Shown here piece by piece: positions 8,812-17,849 of a stretch of DNA of 64,000 nt; position 1 is the stretch's first letter, and each line of letters starts with the position of its first letter. A program made the translations under genes and the position numbers. This DNA comes from Bacteroidota bacterium (GTDB lineage: Bacteria > Bacteroidota > Bacteroidia > J057 > JADKCL01): assembly GCA_016718825.1 (NCBI GenBank), contig JADKCL010000001.1, forward strand, positions 152,574-216,573. The letters are read 5' to 3'. The notes beneath the pieces are model-generated. The model worked only from the letters and a program-made list of their open reading frames with translations. It was not told the origin of the DNA and made no database searches.

Positions 8812-10221
8812 ATGTGCTTGAACCATTTGGCGCGATTTTGGGGTAGAATTTTGTTCGTGATGCTCGTTGTCTTGGGGACGCAGCTTACGTTCAAGCCTAT
8901 ATTATGTGCCCAAACCCGACTGTCTTTTCTGCAATGTCTCGACCTTGCGGTGTCAAATAATGTGCAGGTCAAAATTTCGGAAAACAGCGTCTCTACTGCA
9001 GAGGTCTCTTATATTCAGAAGAAGTTTGACTTCCTGCCAAACGTGTCCATGAACCTGCCAGTCAACAAGTCGTTTGGTAATTCGGCGGATATTTTCACCC
9101 AGCAGATCGCCGTTTCACCTTGGACGAGTCAGCCGAGTCTCGGCGCGAGTTTTGTTGCTTTCCGCGGATTATCCAAATGGAATGAGCTCAAAAATGCGCA
9201 GTACACCCTTTCGGCCAGTCAATATTCGCTGGAGGATCTTAAAAATGACATTCGCCTGAACACTGCACTTGCGTTTTTTCAGGTTCTATTTGCCAACGAC
9301 AACCTTGAAATCGCCAAGACGCGACTCGATTTGCTTGAAAAGCAGCTCGTCAACGTACAAAAGCAGGTAGATGCGGGCGCCAAAACACAAGGCGACGTTT
9401 TTACCCTGCAATCTCAACTTGCCGCCGAGCGCGTCAATGCGGTGACACTTCAAAACAACTACGACCGCAGTTTGCTCGACTTGATCCTTACACTGAATCT
9501 AGATCCTTCAGAGGCCTATGAAATCGAACGACCTGACCTCATCAATGCGGAAGTCGAAGAACTTGAGGCGCTTGACGCTGTTTTTCAATCGGCAAGGCTG
9601 AGCAATCCCGGCGTGCGGCAGCAGGAATTTCGGGCGCTTGCGGCGAAGTATGCCATTAGAACAGCCAGCGCAGCCTATTTCCCAACGTTGAATATCACCT
9701 TCGGTTTGGGCAGTTTTTATTCTTCGAATGCCAAGGAGACGGTGCTCGACACCATCCTTTTTGACATCGTGCCGCTTTACACCTATGGCGATCAGATCCC
9801 GATGTGGACGCAATTCAGCAACAATTTTGGCAAGACGCTCAGTTTTTCCCTGACCGTACCGATCTTCAACCGAATGCAGACGCGTCAAGGGCACCGTATT
9901 TCCAAAATCAATTACAACACTGCCGAATTGAACGTCAAGGCCGAGGAATTATCCCTTTACCGCGCGATTCAGCAGGCACACCTCGATGCAAAGGCGGCTG
10001 ATGCCAAGTTTGCTGCGACCTTGGCGCAAAACGAAAGCTTGAATGAGTCCCTTCGATTTGCACAGGCCAGGTATGATGCTGGAATGCTTGATTTTTTGGC
10101 TTATTTGGAGGTGCTCAACAATCATACCCGTGCAGAAATCGAACAAACCCAGGCACAATATGACCGCATTTTGAAACGCAAAATTTTAGATTTGTACCAA
10201 GGGAAGCCATTGAGCTTCTGA
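8812..10221 (+). CDS. TolC-family outer membrane efflux protein
   Basis: The ATG at 8812 gives a signal peptide. Two coiled-coil/beta-barrel repeats are present, with an N-terminal LSFLQCLDLAVSNNVQVK typical of OEP/TolC proteins. It lies directly upstream of a periplasmic adaptor gene. Confidence 0.8.
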   Translation: MCLNHLARFWGRILFVMLVVLGTQLTFKPILCAQTRLSFLQCLDLAVSNNVQVKISENSVSTAEVSYIQKKFDFLPNVSMNLPVNKSFGNSADIFTQQIAVSPWTSQPSLGASFVAFRGLSKWNELKNAQYTLSASQYSLEDLKNDIRLNTALAFFQVLFANDNLEIAKTRLDLLEKQLVNVQKQVDAGAKTQGDVFTLQSQLAAERVNAVTLQNNYDRSLLDLILTLNLDPSEAYEIERPDLINAEVEELEALDAVFQSARLSNPGVRQQEFRALAAKYAIRTASAAYFPTLNITFGLGSFYSSNAKETVLDTILFDIVPLYTYGDQIPMWTQFSNNFGKTLSFSLTVPIFNRMQTRQGHRISKINYNTAELNVKAEELSLYRAIQQAHLDAKAADAKFAATLAQNESLNESLRFAQARYDAGMLDFLAYLEVLNNHTRAEIEQTQAQYDRILKRKILDLYQGKPLSF

Positions 10222-10227
10222 TGCAGC

Positions 10228-11583
10228 ATGGCAACGACAATCGGTAAAAAGAAAAAACGCACGGGCCTGATTTGGGCAGGTATCATTGGCATTTTGCTGA
10301 TTGTCCTGTTTGTGATCATGTTCTTTGGAGGAAAGAAGGTCGACAACGGCGTGAATGTCGAAAAGGTCGCGCGCCACGATATTGTGGCTTCGGTGACGGA
10401 AACGGGCAAAATAGAGCCGGTTTTGGAGGTCAAAATTGCCGCCGACGTCTCGGGCGAAGTGGTGGATCTCCAAATTGCCGAGGGCAAGGAGGTGCAAAAG
10501 GGCGAAGTGCTCGTGTCGATCAGGCCCGATAATTATCAGAGTGCATTGGAGCAAGCACAAGCAGCGGTCAACGCTGCCATTGCAGCCGAGTTGCAGGCGC
10601 AAGCTGCGCTCGAGCAGGCGCGTGTACAGGTGATGCAAGACAGTGCGACGTTCCAGCGGCAGGATCAGCTTTACAGGGAAAAAGTCATTTCCAAAGCCGA
10701 ATGGGAAACTGCGCAGCTACGCTACAACATTGCACGGTCGCAATTGCGCGCCAATGACGCAAGCATTCGTGCGGCGCGATTCAGCACGGAAAGCCGTAAA
10801 GCCAGCCTCAAAACGGCGCAAAGTGACCTGCGCAAAACAACGATCACGGCGAGCATGAGCGGAACCATTACCCGTCAGAACATTCGGTTTGGGGAGCGTG
10901 TCGTCGGCACGATGCAAATGCAAGGCACAGAACTGTTTCGCATTGCAGACTTGAGCCGCATGCAGGTCGTGGTCAACATCAATGAAAACGACATCGTGCA
11001 TGTACACATCGGGGACTCTGCCTTGGTGGAGGTCGATGCATTTGAAGGGCAACGTTTTTCAGGGAAAGTGACTGAAATCGCCTATTCAGCGGCGACCGCA
11101 GCGACTTCCACGGATCAAATCACGGCATTTGAGGTCAAGGTGGAGATTGATTCGGCATCCTACCTCGGCAAACCTGAATTGATGCGCGGACTCAAGCCGC
11201 ACCAAAGCCCGTTTCTTCCAGGCATGAGTGCACAAGTCGAGATCTTTACGGAGCGGGAAGACAACGCCTTGGCCGTGCCGATTCAGGCAGTGACGGTGCG
11301 AAAGTTGGGGACGAATGAAGATGCCGAGCCGACGGAAGTGGTTTTTGTGCTGAGGGAACGACAGTTTGCGCAGCTCAAGTCGGTCGTGACCGGCATCAGC
11401 GACAGCAAGTACATCGTGATCAAGGAAGGATTGAAAGAAGGGGAGGAGATCATTACAGGACCCTACCGACTTTTGAGCAAGGAAATCAAGGACAGCATGA
11501 AAGTCAAGATCAATCCTTTGCCCGATGTTTCTGCGGGCGATACAAAAAAGCCGCAGGCAGACAAAAAGGAGACGGATCAATAA
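10228..11583 (+). CDS. efflux transporter periplasmic adaptor subunit (HlyD/MacA-type membrane fusion protein)
   Basis: 451 aa with an N-terminal TM anchor, a biotinyl/lipoyl-like hairpin (VSGEVVDLQIAEGKEVQKGEVLVSI), a long alpha-hairpin, TITASMSGTITRQNI and a beta-barrel domain. Confidence 0.85.
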   Translation: MATTIGKKKKRTGLIWAGIIGILLIVLFVIMFFGGKKVDNGVNVEKVARHDIVASVTETGKIEPVLEVKIAADVSGEVVDLQIAEGKEVQKGEVLVSIRPDNYQSALEQAQAAVNAAIAAELQAQAALEQARVQVMQDSATFQRQDQLYREKVISKAEWETAQLRYNIARSQLRANDASIRAARFSTESRKASLKTAQSDLRKTTITASMSGTITRQNIRFGERVVGTMQMQGTELFRIADLSRMQVVVNINENDIVHVHIGDSALVEVDAFEGQRFSGKVTEIAYSAATAATSTDQITAFEVKVEIDSASYLGKPELMRGLKPHQSPFLPGMSAQVEIFTEREDNALAVPIQAVTVRKLGTNEDAEPTEVVFVLRERQFAQLKSVVTGISDSKYIVIKEGLKEGEEIITGPYRLLSKEIKDSMKVKINPLPDVSAGDTKKPQADKKETDQ

Positions 11584-11664
11584 CCCCGTAATAGTCCATT
11601 AAAATTTGCCTTGATTGGAAGTTGGTCTGGGATTACTTTTACATACTGAACTAAGTCATTTTAC

Positions 11665-12747
11665 ATGCGTCGCAGAATCCATTTTGCTTGTATTTTCCTC
11701 CTTGCCTTGGCTCCCAGCATCTTGCCAGCACAAAGTGTGCGCAAATATTCCAACGAGTTTCTGAAGATCGGAGTCGGCGCAAGGGCGGCCGCGATGGGCA
11801 ATGCCATGTCAGGAATTGCCGACGATGTCACGGCGGGGTACTGGAATCCGGCAGGGTTGGGTTTTGCACCCGCTGCGCCCGAGGTAGCCTTGATGCACAG
11901 CGAATATTTTGCGGGGATCGCCAAATACGATTATATCGGGTTTACGATGCCCATCGGCGAAAACCGTCGTTTCGGAGCTTCAGTGATTCGCTTGGGCGTC
12001 GATGACATTCCCAATACATTGAATCTGGTGGATCCCAATGGCAACATCGACTTCAGTGCGGTGGAGACTTTCTCAGTCGCGGACTTGGCCGCGGTGTTGA
12101 GTCTTTCACAGCGGTTGGACATCATGGGTGGTCTCGATGTCGGCGCAAATTTCAAGGTGGTCAACCGCAGTGTCGGCAAATTTGCCAATGCTTGGGGTTT
12201 TGGCTTGGATGTCGGTGCACGCTGGAACAAAGGCCCCCTTCAATTGGGTTTGATGCTCAGTGATGTCACAAGCACGTTTAATGCTTGGACTTTCAACACA
12301 GAAGAATTCGAATCCACCTTTGTCGCGACCGGAAACGTGATTCCTGAGAATTCCTTGGAGATTACACTTCCCTCGATGCGCATGGGTGGCGGCTATACCT
12401 TCCTGAAAGACCGTGCATTCGAAGTGCTGGTTTCTTTGGACAATGACGTGCACTTTGACGGCAAGCGGAATGTGGCACTCAATCTGGGTCCGGTGAGTTT
12501 GGATCCCCACATGGGATTGGAGCTTGGTTATAAAAAGATTGCTTTCATCCGCGGCGGATTCAAAAACCTGCAGCAGGTGCCCAATGCGGACGGCAAGGAT
12601 GTCATTTCACTCTTTCCCTGCGTTGGTGCGGGATTCAAGATCAAGAGCTTTAGCGTGGACTATGCTTTGAGCAATGTCGGGAATTTTTCACAAACGCTTT
12701 ATTCGCATGTGTTTTCGCTCAAGTACAGCTTCACCAAGCTGCGATGA
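11665..12747 (+). CDS. PorV/PorQ-family T9SS outer-membrane beta-barrel protein (PorV2/PorQ-like)
   Basis: 360 aa with a signal peptide. The N-terminal NEFLKIGVGARAAAMGNAMSGIADDVTAGYWNPAGL is the signature I associate with PorV/PorQ (FadL-like) barrels. The C-terminus ends in an aromatic-rich beta strand. Confidence 0.7.
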   Translation: MRRRIHFACIFLLALAPSILPAQSVRKYSNEFLKIGVGARAAAMGNAMSGIADDVTAGYWNPAGLGFAPAAPEVALMHSEYFAGIAKYDYIGFTMPIGENRRFGASVIRLGVDDIPNTLNLVDPNGNIDFSAVETFSVADLAAVLSLSQRLDIMGGLDVGANFKVVNRSVGKFANAWGFGLDVGARWNKGPLQLGLMLSDVTSTFNAWTFNTEEFESTFVATGNVIPENSLEITLPSMRMGGGYTFLKDRAFEVLVSLDNDVHFDGKRNVALNLGPVSLDPHMGLELGYKKIAFIRGGFKNLQQVPNADGKDVISLFPCVGAGFKIKSFSVDYALSNVGNFSQTLYSHVFSLKYSFTKLR

Positions 12748-12844
12748 GTGATTGCGGTTGGTGCTGCTATTGAAAATGTGGGGATATTTGATTATTTTAC
12801 GTGTTTGATCCCAATTAAACTAGCTGGAGCGCTAGACGGAGAAT

Positions 12845-15800
12845 ATGTTTAGAAATTTACTCGCTACACTCCTCCTTTGCTGCTGTGCACAATTTGCCTT
12901 CGGTCAGACCGGCTTTGACTATGCCAACGCTTGGTTCAACGCCACGCAAACCTATGCCAAGGTTTTGGTCTGGGAAGACGGTGTTTACCGCGTAGATGCA
13001 GCAGCCTTGGGTGCTGGGGGACTGAATGTTGCCCCGGGTGATATTGCCAATCTGCAGGTATTTTACCGCGGACAGCAACAACATGTGTATGTCAAGACAA
13101 GTTCCGGAAACCTCGACTACGTAGAATTTTACGGAATGCGCAACGATGGACGGGTGGACTCCATTCTTTATCGGGATCCTTACACCCGTCTGCACGATGG
13201 TGAAATCCAGCCCAATAAAAATTTCAGCACGTTTTCAGATACCTCGGCTTATTTTTTCACAATCGGCGCGCAACCCGGGTTGCGCTATTCAAATTTTAGC
13301 GACCTCAACTTTGGCAACTATTCTCCAGCGCCACATTTTCGGTACCAAAGCTATTACGACTACCATCCCAACTCGGGTTTCGCCTTGTGGAATTACGGGG
13401 GCGGAAGTCAGTACGACATTTTCCATATCCTGAACTCCTATTATGTGACTGCCGAAGGATATGTCGGCCAAGAATTTGATTACAATGCCCCCGCGACCGT
13501 GGTTTTGCCCACTAAATATGCTGCCAACGTTGGCAATCCAAGTGAACTGGAATGCAGGATTTATGGTCGGTCAAGTTGGGTCCACGTATCCAAGATCACC
13601 ATGAACGGTCAGGTGATGGTAAATGACACGATTGCCGGAATTTTTGTGCGGACCTGGAACCGGGGTTTTAGCAACGCATTGACCAACAATACAACGGTCT
13701 TGTATGAGGCATTGGGCAATCAAAACAGCAATACCGACAACAATAACGTTTTGTACACAAAGGTCACCTATGACCACCTGTTCAATATGGATGGCCAAAA
13801 TGCCATCATGGTGCACGATTGGCAGCAGAATTCCAATGCGTATTTCAATTTTGTGAATGCGGATACCGGTTCGATTGCCATTGCCTATGACCTCACCACC
13901 CATACGCGCTGCGAAGGAGTAGCGGGGGGCAACGCGGTGCAGGTCGTGGTGCCCGGCGGAGGCCAAGCACGCAAGATTTTTGTTGCCACCAACGGTGCGA
14001 TCAAGACACCCTTGGTAGAGCAACCGCGACTGAGCAATTTGAGCGACCCTGGCGCAGGAGCAAGTTTCGTGATCATCGCCCATCGCAGTTTGGCAGCCTC
14101 GGCCAATGCTTACAAACAGTATCGCGATACCTGCACACTCAATCCGCAGACCGCCAAGGTGGTTTTTACGGATGAAATCTACGATGAATTCGGCAGCGGT
14201 ACGATCACGCCACTGGCAATCAAGCGATTCTGCAAATATGCGATTGACAACTGGACCACCAAGCCCAAATACTTCATGCTTTGGGGTAAGGGACAGTACA
14301 TCACCAGAAACAGTACCGTCAACTTGGTTCCAACGTTTGGGTATCCGGCAAATGACTATGACTTTGTTTCTGACTTTGACCAGTATCAGATTGACGTTGT
14401 GCCGCAAGCATCTATAGGCCGGGTTAATGTGTACAACGACGCCGATGGACTCCTTTATCTGGCCAAAGCAAATGAATATGAGCATACGCCGTGGACGCCC
14501 TGGATGAAAGAATCGGTTTACCTCGGTGGGGGCAACGACACAACGGAACAGAAGCCAATTTTTGATTATCTCCTTAGCTATAAGGATATTTGGGAAGCGC
14601 CCCCATTGGGTGGGCATGGCAACTATTACCAAAAGTACAACACTGGAGAGCTCACCAATTCCAGCATGACTTCGACCGAGCGTATCAATGCAGGTGCGAA
14701 CATCATTAACTTTTTTGGTCACAGTTCCAACAACATCTATGATGTAGACATTCAGGAGCCTTCGCTGTACCTCAATTATGGAAAGTACCCGATGATGATT
14801 GCATTTGGGTGCTATGGGGGCAACTTTACAGGCGACCTCAAAAGTTTCGGTGAGCGATTTGTGCTTTCTGAAAACCGCGGATCCATCGGCTATCTTGCAA
14901 ACTCGACCGCAGGGTACCTGACACCGCTTGGAAACTTCGGTGAAAAGTTATATCCGCAAGTTTGCGATTCATCCTATGGTTTGCCATTTGGAGATCAAGT
15001 GCGCAGGACCATTCGGGACTATGCCTCGATTTGGACTGATCAGGTATATACCAATCATGCCAAGCAGATGAATTTGCAAGGTGATCCATCTATTAGTCTT
15101 TACCATCCGGAGAAGCCCGATCTTGAGATTACCATGGCGGGCCTTTTCTTTACGCCTTACAACTTCTCGGCTGCCGACAGTTTCTTCACACTCAATGTGA
15201 TCGTACACAACTATGGCTTGGTCACGGCAGACTCCTTTTACTTGAGTGTGCGGCAACAACTGCCCTCCGGTACTTGGCTCAACCATTCGATGACCAAACA
15301 TGCGCCAGTTGTAAGTGTTGACACCTTGGAGGTTTTGATTCACAACACCTTTGGGTCTGAAATGGCGGGGCTCAACTTGTTTGACATTTTTGCAGACTCC
15401 ACTGACTTGGTAGATGAATACCGCGAAGACAACAATCGTCTTCAAATGTCGGCTGTCATTCCGGGAAATGCACCTGCAGTGTTGTTTCCTTATGATTTTG
15501 CCGTGATCGATACGCCCAATGTGCGACTGTCGGCATCGGCATTGATCATGTCAAGGCTTGCAACGGTCAGGTATATTTTTGAAATCGACACCGTTCCTAC
15601 GTTCAACTCTCCACGCTACATAGGTTCGCCGGTGGTGGTAGGATCCGCGATTTATAGTGAATGGGATGTGCCGTTTACCCTTGTCGACAGCACGGTGTAT
15701 TATTGGCGTGTGCGTCTAGCGGATGCCTTTCCCGATGCATGGGCCAAGGCATCTTTCAAATACATTGCCCAACGCACCGGATGGGCACAATCGCGCCCCC

Positions 15801-17740
15801 CACAGTTTTACACCGACCCGACTGTGCAGGTCACGATGAACCAAACCGTGCAGGAATGGGGCTTTGACCAATGGTCTTCCGATTTGCATGCCTATACCTC
15901 TGCCGGAGGTCACGCTGTCTATCGCCTCGCAAACGGCGCTTATTTCTCGGAATATCCAAGTACCAATGGCGACTTTGGAATCAAATACACGCCCATCAGG
16001 GCAAAGGACCTGAAGCCTTCCATTACCAGCACGATCCATGGAGACTGGGCCTATGCCTCGATGCCTGCAGGTCAAAATGCGGTGGTGAGTGCGATTGCGA
16101 GCCTTGAAAAAGGAGATTATTTCTTGGCTGTGAGTGAGCAGGATCCGCGGGTAGAGCAATGGGCACCGCACGTACGCGCGGCGTTTGCCTTGATCGGATG
16201 CGATACCAGCTTGCTCAACAATTTTGCTCCGGGCAATGCCTTGGTGGTACTTGGACGCAAAGACTATCCCGGTCAGGGAATCTTGCTCACGAATCCAAAC
16301 GTGTTTGATGAGCCTACGCAGACTTGGCAGACCGATTTGCGGAAGGCCATGCAGAGCAATTTTGCAACAGGAGCAATTTCTTCAACGACCGTTGGCCCGG
16401 CAGTTTCATGGCGTGACTTGGTGTGGAATTGGTCCACGGTTGATCCATTTATCGAAGAAGACACCAGGGTTTCGCTATACGTATCGCATGACGGCGTGAC
16501 AGACTCGCTTGTATTTCAGAACCTCACGCGGGGGAGCTATAGCCTTTCCAACATCGATGCCGAGAAATATCCTTTTATCAAACTGAAAGCAGCGCTCAAG
16601 GACAGTGCGTTTTTGACGGCGCCGCAACTCCAACATTGGCACGTGATCTACACCCCGGCGCCAGACGCCGTCATTGATCCGATCAGCCTTTGGTCCTTTG
16701 ACCATGATACCGTCACCCAAGGGGAAAACGTAACCGTGAAATACGCCGCACGCAACATCACGGAGACCGATATGGACAGCTTGCTCGTAAGGTACATCGT
16801 GCAATTGGAGGATCGGCGCACGGTCGAGGTTGGTCACAAACGGTTTGGAAGGCTGCTTGCAGGTCAACGGGTAGAGCATACCTTCACCTTCAGCACAAAT
16901 TTCCCTGACATGGTGGGCAATGTTTCCTTCAACGTTGAGTTGAATCCTTTTAATGATCAACCCGAACAGTATCACTTCAACAATTTGTATTCCTATCCTT
17001 TCAAGATTCGGCCGGATGAAATCAATCCGATTTTGGATGTGACGGTCGATGGCAAGCACCTGATGGATGGGGACATCGTTTCGCCGCTCCCGGAAATATT
17101 GATTCAAATGAACGATGAAAACCGCCACCTGGCGGTCAATGATACCGCATTTGAGATTCACTTTGGATTGAAAACGCCCAATCCCGCCAATTTGCCCAGG
17201 ATCTTTATCGCTGGAAATTCGCAGATACAGATTGAAAGTGCCTCGCTTCCGGCCAACAAGGCAAAGCTACACTTCAAGCCTGGACATCTTGTCGATGGCG
17301 AATACACTTTGAGGGTTCAAGGATTCGACCAAAATGGAAATCAGGCGGGAAAGACTGACTACGAAATCAATTTCAAGGTTGTGAACGAGGTTGCCCTGAG
17401 CAATTTGCTCAACTATCCCAACCCTTTTTCCACCTCCACAAGATTTGTTTACACCCTTACAGGTGCCGAAATTCCGGAACGATTTGATATCCAAATCTTT
17501 ACAATTACGGGCAAACTGGTAAAGGTGATTGACCTTCATGAAACCAACGACGTTAAAGTAGGATACAACATCACGGACTATGCATGGGACGGGCGTGACG
17601 AATATGGTGACTTGCTGGCAAACGGCGTGTACATCTACAAAGTTGTGGCCAAGGTCAACGGAAAGGATATGAAGCTGCGCGACGAAGGGATCACCGACTT
17701 GTTCAAAAACGGTTTTGGGAAGATGTACCTAATGCGTTAA
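12845..17740 (+). CDS. giant peptidase C25 (gingipain-fold) PorU-like protein with a T9SS CTD, paralog 1
   Basis: 1631 aa with a signal peptide. The His/Cys dyad context is INFFGHSSNN...(33 aa)...MMIAFGCYGGNF, as in gingipain/PorU. The C-terminal FlgD-Ig-like CTD is NYPNPFSTSTRFVYTLTG...ITGKLVKVIDL...YAWDGRDEYGDLLANGVYIYKV...FKNGFGKMYLMR. Confidence 0.75.
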   Translation: MFRNLLATLLLCCCAQFAFGQTGFDYANAWFNATQTYAKVLVWEDGVYRVDAAALGAGGLNVAPGDIANLQVFYRGQQQHVYVKTSSGNLDYVEFYGMRNDGRVDSILYRDPYTRLHDGEIQPNKNFSTFSDTSAYFFTIGAQPGLRYSNFSDLNFGNYSPAPHFRYQSYYDYHPNSGFALWNYGGGSQYDIFHILNSYYVTAEGYVGQEFDYNAPATVVLPTKYAANVGNPSELECRIYGRSSWVHVSKITMNGQVMVNDTIAGIFVRTWNRGFSNALTNNTTVLYEALGNQNSNTDNNNVLYTKVTYDHLFNMDGQNAIMVHDWQQNSNAYFNFVNADTGSIAIAYDLTTHTRCEGVAGGNAVQVVVPGGGQARKIFVATNGAIKTPLVEQPRLSNLSDPGAGASFVIIAHRSLAASANAYKQYRDTCTLNPQTAKVVFTDEIYDEFGSGTITPLAIKRFCKYAIDNWTTKPKYFMLWGKGQYITRNSTVNLVPTFGYPANDYDFVSDFDQYQIDVVPQASIGRVNVYNDADGLLYLAKANEYEHTPWTPWMKESVYLGGGNDTTEQKPIFDYLLSYKDIWEAPPLGGHGNYYQKYNTGELTNSSMTSTERINAGANIINFFGHSSNNIYDVDIQEPSLYLNYGKYPMMIAFGCYGGNFTGDLKSFGERFVLSENRGSIGYLANSTAGYLTPLGNFGEKLYPQVCDSSYGLPFGDQVRRTIRDYASIWTDQVYTNHAKQMNLQGDPSISLYHPEKPDLEITMAGLFFTPYNFSAADSFFTLNVIVHNYGLVTADSFYLSVRQQLPSGTWLNHSMTKHAPVVSVDTLEVLIHNTFGSEMAGLNLFDIFADSTDLVDEYREDNNRLQMSAVIPGNAPAVLFPYDFAVIDTPNVRLSASALIMSRLATVRYIFEIDTVPTFNSPRYIGSPVVVGSAIYSEWDVPFTLVDSTVYYWRVRLADAFPDAWAKASFKYIAQRTGWAQSRPPQFYTDPTVQVTMNQTVQEWGFDQWSSDLHAYTSAGGHAVYRLANGAYFSEYPSTNGDFGIKYTPIRAKDLKPSITSTIHGDWAYASMPAGQNAVVSAIASLEKGDYFLAVSEQDPRVEQWAPHVRAAFALIGCDTSLLNNFAPGNALVVLGRKDYPGQGILLTNPNVFDEPTQTWQTDLRKAMQSNFATGAISSTTVGPAVSWRDLVWNWSTVDPFIEEDTRVSLYVSHDGVTDSLVFQNLTRGSYSLSNIDAEKYPFIKLKAALKDSAFLTAPQLQHWHVIYTPAPDAVIDPISLWSFDHDTVTQGENVTVKYAARNITETDMDSLLVRYIVQLEDRRTVEVGHKRFGRLLAGQRVEHTFTFSTNFPDMVGNVSFNVELNPFNDQPEQYHFNNLYSYPFKIRPDEINPILDVTVDGKHLMDGDIVSPLPEILIQMNDENRHLAVNDTAFEIHFGLKTPNPANLPRIFIAGNSQIQIESASLPANKAKLHFKPGHLVDGEYTLRVQGFDQNGNQAGKTDYEINFKVVNEVALSNLLNYPNPFSTSTRFVYTLTGAEIPERFDIQIFTITGKLVKVIDLHETNDVKVGYNITDYAWDGRDEYGDLLANGVYIYKVVAKVNGKDMKLRDEGITDLFKNGFGKMYLMR

Positions 17741-17849
17741 TAGGCATTTTTCATCAATACCTGGATGGGTGGTTTGCTAAGTCCTCCTGTGACTGATTGC
17801 AATTGATCGCATGTCGGCGTAACTTGAACACAAACATTGTGCAGAAATT

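Noticed and set aside
13571-14722. 383-aa minus-strand ORF inside PorU-like paralog 1, with similar long antisense ORFs at 21474..22631, 45436..46503, 49178..50254, 50486..51151 and 51155..51955
   Set aside because: All are embedded antisense in long, well-supported plus-strand genes and have no recognisable motifs. They are treated as shadow ORFs.
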